Shown: positions 29,881 through 42,612 of the stretch, piece by piece
How the letters are laid out: every line of letters starts with the position of its first letter
Numbering within the stretch: the stretch's first letter is position 1
Assembly: GCA_964016885.1 (NCBI GenBank)
Contig: OZ024743.1
Span: forward strand, 265,112,001 to 265,176,000
DNA length: 64,000 nucleotides
Origin: Eledone cirrhosa
Taxonomy: Eukaryota
Reading direction: 5' to 3'
Position numbers and translations under genes: made by a program
The notes under the pieces: model-generated
Databases searched by the model: none
What the model was told of the DNA's origin: nothing
The model's input: only the letters and a program-made list of their open reading frames with translations

Positions 29881-29964
29881 GTACAATGTTGCTGAGTAGA
29901 AAGCATATAACACTTGATATAATAATTGTTATGGGTCTTTCTCATTTACTTTTGTTTTATTTGG

Positions 29965-30395
29965 AGAGTATCGTTAAAATGACGGGCAATATGCTTTCCA
30001 GCATATAGCTACGGTCCTTTACGTTGGGAATTCAATAACCGCCTTGGGTAGCTTTGCCTTTCATCCTACCGGATCGATAATATAAAATACCAATAATGCA
30101 GTGGCTCGATTTAATTGGCTTTCCCGTACCCCAAAATTTTTGCCCTTGTGCCTGAGTCAGAAACGAATATTTGAGGGTGGTTGTTTGGCAGTATTGGTAG
30201 AGCGTAGGACAACATGCTTTGAGGTATAAAGTTGTGGCCCTTTACGTTCTGAGTTCAACTCCTGCCAAGGTCAGCTTTGCCTTTCATCCTTACAGGGTCA
30301 ATAAAATAAAGCTCCAGTAATGCACTGGGGTCGATTTAATCGACTTTCCCCTTTCTATAAATTGTTGGTCTTGTGCCTAAATCAGAAACAATTAT
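29965..30395 (+). mobile_element. Two SINE copies
   Basis: CTTTGCCTTTCATCCT cores at ~30051 and ~30275. Confidence 0.8.
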
Positions 30396-31991
30396 TATCG
30401 TCATCGACGTCCTCCTCCTCCGCACCGTCATCATCATCATCATCATCATCGTCGTCATTGTTGTCTTCCTCCTCTTCATCATCATCTAAATGATGATCAT
30501 CATCACCATCATCATTCGTTGTTGTTAATGTTGCTATTTCCATTGAATTGGCAGAATTGTACCTGTTTGATTGAAAGCCTGATAATATATATATGATAAA
30601 TGATGTTGGGTAGAACAGTGAGTTGATATCTGATACTGTTAATGTTTCAAAACGGGAAATTAATTGAATACAAAGTGTTGAAATTCTTTTAAAGCATGTT
30701 AGGATTCGATGACATTTCTAGATATTAGATTATGTCAGTTTTCTTATTTTTATACTGTATTATTCGACCTAATAGGCCATGATGACATTGTGTAGCCGAG
30801 CACAGAACCCGGGAATTATTATTGCTGTTAGCGTTGTTGTTGATGTTTTTGTTGTTATTGTTGTTAATCGCGACGGTGATGATGGTTATGGTGGAGGTGG
30901 TATAGGTAGAGATGGTAATGGTTGTGGTGGTGGTGATGGTGGTGGTGGTGATGAAATTGGTGGCAACGGTCATAATGGCGGTGACAGTGGTAATGGTGGT
31001 GATAGTTGTAGTTGTGGTTTTGGTGTTAGTGGTGATGGTGATATTGGTAGAGGTGGGAATGGTGGGAGGACTGTATTGATTGTGATGGAGTTCGTGATAT
31101 TTTAGTTTTGTTTGTAGTTGTTTCTGGTGTTTTTTAAGGTCCAGCTCAACCCTAATCAAGTGAACTTATGATCAAAGAATTTCCACTCGTGGCTATCACC
31201 CCTGTGTGTATATCGGGCTAACTAATACCTCGTCCAATCTGTTTTTTCTTCAAATACAATGCTGGATATTGTATTTGAGGTAGGTTTCTCTGCCATTTTA
31301 AGCAGATCGTTTAAATCTGTAAAATTTACTTCGTTTTCATTTAGTGACAGGCTGTTCCATATCCAGAAGATTTAAAATGAACATTCCCGCTATGGTCAAC
31401 CAGGACTTTCTTTTGGAAAATAAATTATTTTATTTCCAAAGTGGAATTGATCTGAAGTCATTATAGCAGTTAATACGATTTTCTGTGAGATATAATTATA
31501 ACACCTCACTCGAAGCTGTCTACTAAATTCCTTTCGGTAATATAACTAGCCAGTCAGTGAGGCTCTAAATAGAGGCATAATATGTTAGAATTAATAGCCA
31601 AATACACCGCAATTCCCACCATATTTGACATTACATTGCCTCATAGGCTTTAACAAAGCGAAAAACAAAATTGGATTTTTTGTTCTAGATACACTAAGTG
31701 TGAATAAATGTTAGGTTTTCAAGTTGGAATATCTATCTCTATAGAACAGGTCTCTTGAGGTGACCTGGTGTTGAACTATAGCAGCAGCTTGGGCATGATG
31801 AACATATCATCTCCTGTTTACCAATCGAGCAAACTCTTCGAGATCAATGGCAGTATCCACATTATTTCCTTTTTTGCACCCCCTCTCTATTATCTCTATT
31901 ATGGAAACACACACGCACACAGTCACACAGCCACTCACCCCCACACACATATATATGCATAAATATATATATATACATGTATACATACATG

Positions 31992-32023
<32 letters not shown>

Positions 32024-32027
32024 CATG

Positions 32028-32070
<43 letters not shown>

Positions 32071-32231
32071 GCATGTATGTATAGGATGTTCATGCGTAGT
32101 ATTTGTATGACATCTATATGTATATATGCATAGTTTGTATACATATAATGTGTATGTATGTGTGATACGTATGCATATGGTATATCCATGATATGAGCAA
32201 TATATTTATTTAAGTATATGATATGCATATA

Positions 32232-33126
32232 CGAGATGTGTCAGAAAAGTTCTACGACTGATGTCACAAAAGATTTATTTCAAACCCAAACTTCACACTA
32301 AGAGTTTCTCCTTCAAATTAATTCCCTAGAGTCTCATGCACTTTTCCATCCTTTTCTGCCACGCTTGCATGCATTCCTGGAAGGATTCTTCCGGGATCCT
32401 CCGCAGTTCCGTCATCACGGCCTTTTTAATGTCGTCTACGTCTTCAAAACGAGTGCCCTCTGAGTCGCACTCGAAGATCCATGACTCATCACCGGTGATG
32501 ACTCTCCCTAGCAAGTCTGGTTCAGTTTCAAGACGCTCGAGGATGTCCTGGCACACTTGCATTAGTCGACCCCTCTGGTCATCGTTCAGCAGTTTTGGCA
32601 CCATCTTCGCGCAGACTTTCCGCATGTCCAAATATTCAGGGAGAATCTTCCAGACGCTGTCCCGATTCATGCCCTGCTCATTTGCTATCAGTCGAACTGT
32701 CAGCCGACGATCGCTACGCACCATCTGCCTGACGCACTCAACGTTGACCTCAGTCCTGGTTGTTGAGGGCCTTCCACTCCTGGGGTCATCTTCCACGTCC
32801 TCGCGTGCTTCTTTAAACCTCTTGCACCACTCAAAAACACGTGAACATGACATCGTCTCATCTCCATACACTTTCTGCAGCAATCCCAGTGCTTCTGACG
32901 GAGTTTTCTCCAACCGTTCGTTGCTCTGTGCTCATTGCTTGACGACCTGAAACAGAGGACATGTATATAAAATTATGAAGATAAAAGTTTGATCGCTGCA
33001 GAGAGCTAAGATTACAGTTACATACTCCAGGGGGATTACTTTGATGGAGAAAACTCCTAGTGTGAAGTTTGGGTTTGAAATAAATCTTTTGTGACATCAG
33101 TCCTGGAACTTTTCTGACACACCTCG
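32232..33126 (-). mobile_element. Tc1/mariner (mariner) element, internally deleted, ~100-bp TIRs, TA TSD
   Basis: TA|CGAG(A/G)TGTGTCAGAAAAGTTC...TTCACACTA at both ends in inverted orientation. Confidence 0.95.
32326..32913 (-). pseudogene. Mariner transposase deletion derivative
   Basis: HTH region VFEWCKRFK..EDDPRSGRP, then KMVPKLL (WVPxxL linker) and ITGDESW fused directly to the C-terminal GTRFEDVDDIKKAV. The 2nd and 3rd catalytic Asp region is missing. Confidence 0.9.
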
Positions 33127-33143
33127 TATATATATATATGATA

Positions 33144-33259
<116 letters not shown>

Positions 33260-33614
33260 TATGCATATCATATATATATAAATATATTGCTCATATCATG
33301 TATATACCATATGCATACGTATATATATATATATAAAATATATATATATAAAACATATATTTTGATTATGTGAACGTCTTCATTTGTTAATATTTTGAAT
33401 AATACTAATAACTCCAGAAAACTTCATTGTGGAGTGCTTTTAATCTATTGTAAAACTATATTCATTGAGTAATCAATGAACCATGTTAATCTATGGTTAT
33501 ATATATATATATAATATATATAACGAAGGTATTATGGTAAGGAACAAGGTGGCCCGTAATGCACCAGATTACTCAATACTTAGGGTAGTAGAGTGGGTAA
33601 TAGGAAGAGGTATG

Positions 33615-33710
33615 ACCCCGACGGCAGAGCTCAAGCCGTTTCGACGGCTATTTCTGGACTAAATAAGAATTTTTGGCCTGGTAAATAAATACCCGAACCT
33701 ATCAAGGGGC
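33615..33710 (-). ncRNA. Hammerhead, U3:A8 core (A9G in this copy)
   Basis: gcccc TTGATAG g..gggtattt..aaatagccgtc GAAA cggc-ttgagctct-gccg TC ggggt. Confidence 0.65.
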
Positions 33711-34095
33711 ACTTCCTTATAAGGGACGATTGTAATTGTCAAGAGGATTGGTCAAAATTTGTTGTAAAGACAAATAGATCTGTCATGGCATTTGGTGGAA
33801 GATAGGGGGTGGCTGAACTTTTTTTTCTTTTTTCATTTTCATCGACTTGCCTATTCTGTAAACTCCCCTCCTCCTTTTCTCCAGAAACATTTTTCGACTT
33901 TTCATACACTATCCTTATAATCTGCTGTATAGATTTCACTTTTAACACCTGACTGGCTTTACTCACTCCTTCTTTGTTCTACCGGCAAGTTCAGCCACCC
34001 CTCCCTCCCACCAAATGCCATGACAGATCTATTTGTCTTTACAACAAATTTTGTCCAATCCTCTTGACAATTACAATCTTCCCATATAAGGAAGT

Positions 34096-34191
34096 ACCCC
34101 TTGATAAGTTAGGCTATTTATTTACCAGGCTAAAAATGTTAGTTTATTCCAGAAATAGCCGTCGAAACGGCTTGAGCTCTGCCGTCGGGGT
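34096..34191 (+). ncRNA. Type I hammerhead, U3:A8 core, long stem II
   Basis: acccc TTGATAA g-tta-ggctattt...aaatagcc-gt-c GAAA cggc-ttgagctct-gccg TC ggggt. Confidence 0.75.
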
Positions 34192-34299
34192 CATACCTAT
34201 CCCTATATATATATAATATAGGGAGTGCGGACTGTGTCTAGCTTATAATTTTTTATCTCGTTAGTAAAATAAGTTGGATTACTTTGAATAAATAATTGT

Positions 34300-34437
34300 T
34301 TCGATATTTAGCACAAGGCCAGCAATTGTTGCAGTATATTACTGGTACTTTATTTTACCCACTCCATAAGGATGAAAGGCAAAGTTAACCTGGGCGGGAT
34401 TTGAACTCAAACCGTAAAGAGGCGTAACTCTATGCTG
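34300..34437 (-). mobile_element. SINE copy (5'-truncated)
   Basis: Reverse complement of the SINE core. Confidence 0.8.
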
Positions 34438-34719
34438 AATAAATAATGAATGAATATAACATAATTTATGTACTAAACTTCGTAACCCTTGGTTAAACAT
34501 AAATAATGTTATTGCTTATTTCAAGATTCACTTCTGTTGAAAGTTCCAAATCTTAACACTTCCGGTATATCGCCACCACCACCACCACCGCTTTAACTGC
34601 CATTTATATATAGACTGAGCGAGGAAAATACAGAGGGATAGAGTGACTATGTGACAGATGTATATAAATATATATATATATCAATGATATAATGGAAACT
34701 ATATTTATCAAACCATATT

Positions 34720-34780
34720 TATTTTATTATATATATTTCAAGGGTACCAAAATGTTTGTACGTTCTCATCAGATAAAATA
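34720..34780 (-). ncRNA. Minimal hammerhead (same family as 63545)
   Basis: tattttat CTGATGA [eroded stem II] GAAA tatata TA ataaaata. Confidence 0.7.
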
Positions 34781-34800
34781 CAAAAATTGTTTTATTAAAT

Positions 34801-35950
34801 AACTAGCATTAAAGCCCGGCGTTGCTCGGGGTCATTAAGTTACCAAAGTTAGGTTGCACCACCCATTTTATGGCAGCACTTTTTTGTCTGCCAGGCACTG
34901 GGTGAATGAATTGCAGACCTGGAAGCAGGAGCTGCGCCAGCAGTGACAATTGTAGTTTCGCCTATGGATATTATCTCTGTGCAAAAAAGTGTTGAAATGT
35001 ATTGTTTCACAGTACTTGCGCAACACGCGAGTAGACGATGCCAGCCGAACAACAGAGCTGCGATGGAGTTGTTCTGCATGGTTGTCTGTGTGTTTACTAA
35101 ATTTAAGACAGTAGGGAGGGTTATGATATGAGGGAGAGTTAGCTGTTGTTTCTAGCAGGTTTAGTGACCTCATAGAGGATATGTGTTTTTTAAATTTAAG
35201 ACAGTAGGGAGTGGTGTGATATGGGGGAGAGTTAGCTGTTGTTTCTAGCAGGTTTAGTAACCTCATAGAGGATATGTGTTTTCTAAATTTAAGACAGTAG
35301 GGAGTGGTGTGATATGGGGGAGAGTTAGCTGCTGTTTCTAGCAGGTTTAGTGACCTCATAGAAGATTCTTTCTAAATTTAAGACATTAGGGAGGGGTGTG
35401 ATATGGGGGAGAGTTAGCTGCTGTTTCTAGCAGGTTTAGTGATCTCATAGAGGATATTATTGTTTATCATTATCTATAAAAGGCAGATTGTTGTTATTGT
35501 TGTTGAAGTGAGTGTGTGTTTGTATGCGTTAGAAAAAGAGGTTTAAAAAAATATTTATCGCTTGTTGTTGAATAAATGTATCTGTATAAAAGAGAAAGTA
35601 GCAAAATGTGTGGGTTGTAGTTAGAGGTAAGCAGATGATATGAGAGAGTAAAACGGACAGTATCACCATCAAGCTTGGAAAGAGAAAGTAGCAGAAAGTA
35701 TGAAGTTGTATAGATTATGAATGGTAGTGGAAAGAGTTTAGCAGTTTAAATGACAGAGAAAAATCGTAAAATATTGAGTTTTATCTACTTTTTGCGTAAT
35801 TGTGGGTGAAATCGAAAAAATTATCTGTGCCAAGACGCAATCGAAGCTATTTCGAATACTGAATTGTAAATTTCAATTGAAGAAATTCTATATCGTAGAT
35901 TTTTATAAGAAAGGAGCATGACCACACACTGAGCTTTATAGATTATGATT
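34801..35950 (+). mobile_element. Non-autonomous Helentron/HINE (DINE-1-like) element
   Basis: Starts ACTAGC..CCCGGCGTTGCTCGGG (terminal hairpin), carries an internal tandem array and ends GCTTTATAGATTATGAT. Confidence 0.65.
35095..35455. repeat. ~92-bp tandem repeat x4
   Basis: AAATTTAAGACA(G/T)TAGGGAG..GAGAGTTAGCTG..CTCATAGA repeated. Confidence 0.95.
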
Positions 35951-36429
35951 CACATATCCAAAAACAAGAACTTATCGTTAGAGAGAAATAGAGAGGCGGG
36001 GAGTGGAAGGGATAGATGAAGAGATTAGGATTTTTTCAACACATTGACGTTATGAGTATGTGTGCGCCTGTGTGTATGTGCATACTTATACATTTATATG
36101 TATGAGTATATAACTATATTCGCGCAAACAATGATACTTACAAAGATACACACTCACGGACATACGTTGCCACAAATACACATTCTTTCACACAAACATA
36201 CATACATTCACACAAACACACAAACACATACATTTACACAAACACACATATACACATACACACATACAGTCACAGACCATGATCGCCGCGTTAGATAAAT
36301 GTAGAAATGGTAGAGTAAAGTCAAATATAATTTTTTATTTATTTATTCTTAACAAAATTTACCTCTTTTCTTTTAAAATTCATTTGTTGTTACAGGTTTA
36401 TTCACAGTTGTATAAAAAATATAATTGTT

Positions 36430-36594
36430 TCTACGTTAGGCACAAGACCAGCAAATATCCAGTGTATTACTGGTACTTTATTTTATCGACCCCGTAAGGA
36501 TGAAAGGCAAAGTTAACCTCGGCGGGATTTGAACTCAGAATGGCAAGGGCCGTAACTCTATGCGTCAAAGCATGGCGTCCGACCCTCTACCAAT
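36430..36594 (-). mobile_element. SINE copy
   Basis: Reverse complement of the SINE. Confidence 0.85.
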
Positions 36595-37340
36595 AATGAA
36601 AACACAAACAAATATAATAAATAGAAAGGAAAGGGAAAGGAAAAAAGAAAGATAAAAACACAGAAGCAGATAATACACATATCTAGGATTACATACAACA
36701 CACTAGCAGTTAATACACACATCTAGGACCACATACAACACACAAGCAGGTAATATATACATCTAGGACCACATACAACCTACAAGCAGCTAATACACAC
36801 ATATACGGTCACATAGAACAAAAGGCAGGTGAAAGGGGTGGACAAACGAGCCGCTACCAGAGAAAAGATAACAATATCGTGAGGTGCACTGGGAAACCTC
36901 TCTAATAATATTTGAGGCTAGCCAGCACGCTCGCTGCGTTACATCGGGTGATGGCGAAGCTGAGGCGCTTGAACAACCAAGCGCCTGAGTATCACCGGTT
37001 ACCTCTGTTTGGCGCGCCGCCACTGAAGATAAGAACCTCGCAGTAAGTAACCCGACTCCCACAAACGTCTCGAACGACACAAGCTGTAAAATGTAGTTAG
37101 CCGACAGAACACGGTATCTGAGGATTGTCTTACATTCAGCTGTGGATGCTGTAGCTCTCGACCTTACTGCTGCATCCAGGATGTGGGAGGAAGCAAAAGA
37201 GTCACTTACTGTGACGTCCCAGATAAGGCACCTGCCTCTTGACCATGGGCACAGGGTAAGACCATCAGGTCTTTTACCAATCAATTCTGGATAACCCAGA
37301 CGGTTCTAAAATTGAGGGGCTGTCTGCCCGGGCCAAAGGT
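36595..37340 (-). mobile_element. CRE-clade LINE 3' fragment (restriction-like endonuclease)
   Basis: GKRPDGLTLCPWSRGRCLIWDVTVSD, FETF, and shifted-frame LFKRLSFAITRCNAASVL. The 3' UTR has a ~40-bp tandem repeat (36660-36810). Confidence 0.8.
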
Positions 37341-37574
37341 CTTAAGTGATAATAGTACAGTGTGTGTATGTGCGCGCGCATGAGTTTGTCGGCGTTCTTA
37401 AATTAGAGGCGTGTGTGTATGTGTGTGTCACCGTTTTTAAGTTAGAGAAATATAAATGTACGTATCCCCTTCCTTCCTTTTACACACACATACATTCACA
37501 CAAATACACACACGCATTGTGTGACGGACGGATGGACAGAAGTCCCTCAAATTGATATATATCTTAATGGAGTT

Positions 37575-38112
37575 CTACTGAAGCAGCTAGAGAAGTTCAA
37601 GTATATCGGGGCCGTGTTCAGAAGTGAGGGAAGGCTGAATTAAGTGCAAGAATTGCAAAAGCTGCTGCAATAATGCGCCAGCTTCAGCAGTCAGTAATCA
37701 GAAGAAGGGGGGTAGGTGTAAAAGCGAAACCCACTGTCTTCCTGGTATTCCTGCCACCCCTTACCGAGAGTCATGAATCTTGGGTAATGACCGAAATAAT
37801 ACAATTGCAAATACAAGCAGAAGAAATGGGGTTCCTCCGAAGGGTCTTTGGAGTAATGTTACTCGATAGAGTGCATAGCTCTGAGATCAGAGAATCACTC
37901 CAGGGCATGAGGTTAGAATGTCTCAAGAAAGAAGCGCCGGACAGATTTTAAAGGTAAAACCATCCGGCAAGAGACCCAGAGGTAGACCCCTGAGCAAGAT
38001 AGTTGGATAACATCCATGACCTTGGGTGGTCACGCTTTGGGATCCAGCTGGATCACTTAGAGATGTTTTCTTCTGAAAGAATCGCTGTAAATAAGTGGGC
38101 GAAGAAGAAGAT
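37575..38112 (+). mobile_element. RTE-clade LINE 3' fragment
   Basis: LEKFKYIG, RIAKAA, ESWVMT..IQAEEMGFLRRVFG..LDRVHSSEIRESL, RPRGRP, (GAA)n tail. Confidence 0.8.
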
Positions 38113-38518
38113 GTTGTCAATTTACTTTTCAATTTACATATATCTATGTAAATTGAAAACTACATATGCTAGCAAGAAGACCGCCGTTTTGTAGTATATA
38201 GCTGATCGACAGTGAAACATATGTAATATGTAATTAAATATGTAGATGATGCAACACTGATTGTTTGTTCGCTTATATATTATCATTATTGATACTCTGT
38301 CCACAGGAGCATCGAGTGCTCATATCGGCATACCACCTACTGACGCAATGAATTTACACCCTTAATATTGGTTGCCAGGAGATAAAGGGGGCTCACCTAC
38401 ATATAAAATGGTAGGATTGGCCCCTAAACTACATACTACTGTGAGCCTGCAAATGCTACTGTGGACCACCTGAGGCCAAATTGCCATTGGGCAACCTGGC
38501 AACCTGGTCAGTCCCCCA

Positions 38519-38576
<58 letters not shown>

Positions 38577-38770
38577 GAATGTGATGATATATATATATAT
38601 TTATATATATATATAAGCAAGATGTATGGTAGGTCGTACGTGAATCGCGATGATCACGCCTGACCTACCAAATATGCGACGGTAGCTAGTTAAGCTCTAT
38701 GCGTATAAGCAGAGCAGAAATATTCATGAAAAAGAACAAAGGAACTATTATGACATTATAACAAGTTTAT

Positions 38771-38817
38771 TGTCGACAGCCGTTTCGTCCGACCATATGG
38801 TGGGACTTATCAAGGCA
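38771..38817 (-). ncRNA. Minimal hammerhead, U3:A8 core
   Basis: tgcc TTGATAA gtcc-caccatatggtc-ggac GAAA cggctg TC gaca. Confidence 0.8.
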
Positions 38818-38854
38818 TATAACAGGTGATTGTAAGTTCATTATTTACATCAAC

Positions 38855-39042
38855 AGGGCGGTGAATTGGCAGTATCGGTAGAGGGTTGGACGCCATGCTT
38901 TGACGCATAGAGTTACGGCCTTTGCCATTCTGAGTTCAAATCCCGCCGAGGTTAACTTTGCCTTTCATCCTTATGGGGTCGATAAAATAAAGTACCAGTA
39001 ATGTACTGGATAATTGCTGGCCTTGTGCCAAAAGTAGAAACA
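38855..39042 (+). mobile_element. Full-length SINE with 15-bp TSD
   Basis: ATTATTTACATCAAC at 38840-38854 and 39043-39057. The empty site is visible in the mirror arm at ~41415-41430. Confidence 0.95.
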
Positions 39043-41452
39043 ATTATTTACATCAACGTTTCACTCAAGATTAGCAAATTGAAATCGTGGTATACATCAA
39101 CAGCTCCGCTTGTATATTTGGGGTCTATATTCTAAGGGGGCTCTTTTATATTAATTGTAGGAGTTGTAAAAGGGATGGGTTATAGGGAGTTAAGAGAATT
39201 TGAAAAGGGCCTGAGAGTTAGGGATTGAAGGTTAAACATTAAAGAATTTATAAGTTACGCATTAAAAGTAAAAGACTTGGGATCTCGTAAAAGCACCTTA
39301 AAAAATCCCTCAATAAGCGCATAAAGCTTATAAGCCCCAATAAAACTAACAAACTAGAAGAGATTAAGAGAATAAAAGAATAAAAAAATATATATATAAA
39401 GTTTCCTAAAAAATTCCTTCAAAAGAAAAAAAAAAATTTGTTTTCTAAGAGATCTCGTTAAAACATTTCAGAAAATTTACGAAGATTTGATAATCCCTAC
39501 TAAAGTTCTAAACTCAGAAATTAAAAATTAAAAATTAAAAATTAATAATTAGGAAAAAGAATTTCAATAAGATTTAACAGGTTAATAAAGTTAATGATTT
39601 AGGGAGTCCATAATATAAAGATTAAGATTTAAGTTAGGATTTAAATTTTAAGAGTTCCAAACCCAGAAATTAAAAAATTTAATGAATTTAAGATTAAGCA
39701 ATCTTATATATCCAAGATTAAAAATTAACGATTAAGGGGTTGAACATTAAATTTAATTTTAAAAATTAAGAAATAAATAGTTGAAAGAAATTAATAAATT
39801 AAAGGTTAATTAAAAAAACGTTCAAAAAATCCCTCAGGAAAGGCCCCTTTAATATTTTTAATAAGAACCTCTTCCGAAAGACCCTTCAAAGAATTAAAAT
39901 TTCAGAAAGCCTTTAAAAATATACATAAATGAATTGAGGAAAATTATAAATTAAAAGTTAAAAATTACGGGATTTGGGAGATCCGAGGAATTTTCAAAGG
40001 GCTGCTTCAACAGATACAACTTAGGTATAATAGATAAAGTAATTTAAGTAATTTAAGTAATCTAATTAAGGAGCAATTCAAAGAGCTTATCAGGTTGGGA
40101 AAGATTAAAGAAAATGATAAGTCAGAAAATATATAAGCAAAAAGACTATGATTATAAAATGTATTTTTAAGAAGGTATAAAGTAGCTTCAGTAATCTAAT
40201 AATGTATTATCAAAAACTTATTAATATAGGATTGACAAAGACATAATAATATATTCGTGCCTAATTAACAAACAATCAATAAACAATTAACAGTCACGCA
40301 ACATTTACTCAGGGATATCTCACGCTCGGATACTTTACACACATACAGCAACACAAAGGATTAACAAAGACATAATGGTATATTCCTGCCTAATTAACAA
40401 ACAATCAATAAACAATTAACAGTCAAGTAAATTTACTCAGGGATATCCGACGCACGGATACTTTACACACATACAGCAAGATGAACAATACAGGTGACCT
40501 TGTGGGTGCGATATCCATTGTTCGCATGCAGTCATCTGCATAGCTCCAGGCACAGTTGGTCTTGTTTAAAAGTTCCGAGTTCACGAATCAACTGGGATTC
40601 ACTATCAGCTGTGTGGACTCCCTGGGAAATGTACCTGTGGATCAAATAGCTGGTGGTCGCAGGGTGTGGTCCGTTCGATCTTTTAGTTTCGGGGATTGTA
40701 CGCGTTTGCGATAGATCAGCCTGCCGGTTCTAAATCCAAGGTCTTGCTGTATAGGATGTATTGGTGTACATGATATATTGGAAAAAAAGTCCAGTATGGA
40801 CTTGACTGGGGTGGTATATTGCGTCTCTCGCTATTATCCCCTCCTCTCACCAATTCCAAGCTCACACGAGACTGGTCAAATGCTAAGGGCTGTCCCCTCT
40901 TTGTTTGTTGTATGGGTCGGTTCTAGCCATGTTGCTTCTATATCCCGTCAGTCATGCATATTCAAGACAGATCACGGTATAAATTTGCGGGTATCGTCCG
41001 GCGTCTACGCTATCCAAAGGGTATTTTCAAATTCGCATTTTTTTCTTATGAAGGAATTTTTTAAGAAACTTTATATATTTTTTTATTTATTATTCTTTTA
41101 TTCTCTTAATCTCTTCTGGTTTGTTAGGTTTATTGGGGCTTATAAGCTTTATGCGCTTATTGAGGGATTTTCTAAGGTGCTTTTACGAGATCCCAACTCT
41201 TTTACTTTTAATGCGTAACTTATAAATTCTTTAATTTTTAACCTTCAATCCCTAACTCTTAGGCCCTTTTCAAATTCTCTTAACTCCCTATAACCCATCC
41301 CTTTTACAACTCCTACAACTAATATAAAAGAGCCCCCTTAGAATATAGACCCCAAATATACAAGCGGAGCTGTTGATGCATACCACGATTTCAAATTGCT
41401 AATCTTGAGTGAAACGTTGATGTAAATAATGAACTTACAATCACCTGTTATA

Positions 41453-41499
41453 TGCCTTGATAAGTCCCACCATATGGTCGGATGAAACGGCTGTCGGCC
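41453..41499 (+). ncRNA. Minimal hammerhead, U3:A8 core
   Basis: gcc TTGATAA gtcc-caccatatggtc-ggat GAAA cggctg TC ggc. Confidence 0.8.
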
Positions 41500-41667
41500 A
41501 TAAACTTGTTATAATGTCATAATAGTTCCTTTGTTCTTTTTCATTAATATATATATATATATATATATAGTGGTAGAACACTGGAGGGTAATATGCGTAG
41601 TGGTAGAGCATTCAGTCTATGGGGCGAGTTAGGCAGAAGTGGTTACACAACAGTTAGTTCACCATAC

Positions 41668-41705
41668 CGAGAACAATTGTTTCACCTTAACGGATCTTCA
41701 GCTCG
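41668..41705 (-). ncRNA. Minimal type I hammerhead (mutated copies at 42334-42372 + and 44886-44924 +)
   Basis: cgag CTGAAGA t cc-gttaa-gg t GAAA caattg TT ctcg, with palindromic ACAATTGT stem III. Confidence 0.85.
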
Positions 41706-42612
41706 TAATGGACATGGTTATACGGAACAGGAAGTACAACCGTATGAACGCGCATGCGCAGAATCCGGTCACTTCACACAGGCAATACTAAAATGCCTGA
41801 GAGAGGTCTTAGGAAATAACTGCGAAAGTCTGAAAAGTTTTTAGTTGATGAGAAAATTATGATTTTGTTGTAATGATTCAATCCGGAGCTTTTTAGTTAT
41901 GCAAGAGGTGTTTTGAGACGCGTGGAGAACGTGTGAAGAATTAATTTCTCGTGTTTAGGCAATCACTATTGTATAATCTCTTTAGAATATTTATGCGTTT
42001 CCTGAACCACCAGTCGACCTTTAGGTACCCGAACAGACGTTCATCCACGAAACTCGCGAGCCACGTATGGTCCCTCAAGGACTCAGGTATAGTCTACTCC
42101 ATTCAATGGAAAGCTATCACTAAGTCCAAGCCATACGCAAGGGCAAATCCGTCGTGTGGACTATGTATTGATGAACGAATAAAAACTTATCAACTAAACA
42201 TTTTTCGGACTCTCGCAGTTATCTCCTTTACACATCTCGCACGCATTTTAGTATTGCCTATGTGAAGTAGCCGGTTTCTGCGCATGCGCGTTCGTACGGT
42301 TGTTCTTCCTATTCCGTATAACCATGTCCATTACGAGGTGAAGATCCGCTAAGGTGAAACAATTGTTCTCGGTATGGTGAAATAACTGTTGTGTAACCAC
42401 TTCTACCTAACTCGTCCCATAGACTGAGTGCTCTACCACTACGGATATTACCTTCCAGTGTACTACCACTATATACGTCTCCAGCAACGGTCAGCAGATT
42501 CTCTTCACTATGTGGAAGTTTGGCTTTTAGCAGATTCTTCATCATGTGCGAGTTTGGCTTACTACCCTATATCCTCGTGCCCTACACAATTTTGTGTCTC
42601 ATCAACGTCAGT

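Larger units (their letters stand above)
33525..34205 (-). mobile_element. Non-coding HHR element with 5' inverted copy
   Basis: 33990-34197 is the reverse complement of ~33609-33816. Flanked by (TA)n, with no credible ORF. Confidence 0.75.
38615..41550 (-). mobile_element. Large non-coding HHR element with ~510-bp inverted terminal copy
   Basis: 41038-41550 is the reverse complement of 38720-39430 without the SINE. Both arms carry an HHR. There is an internal ~128-bp tandem duplication at 40233-40480. Confidence 0.75.

Noticed and set aside
35095-35455. Regular repeats resembling a CRISPR array (also 36660-36810)
   Set aside because: Pure tandem repeats with no unique spacers, in a eukaryotic TE context.
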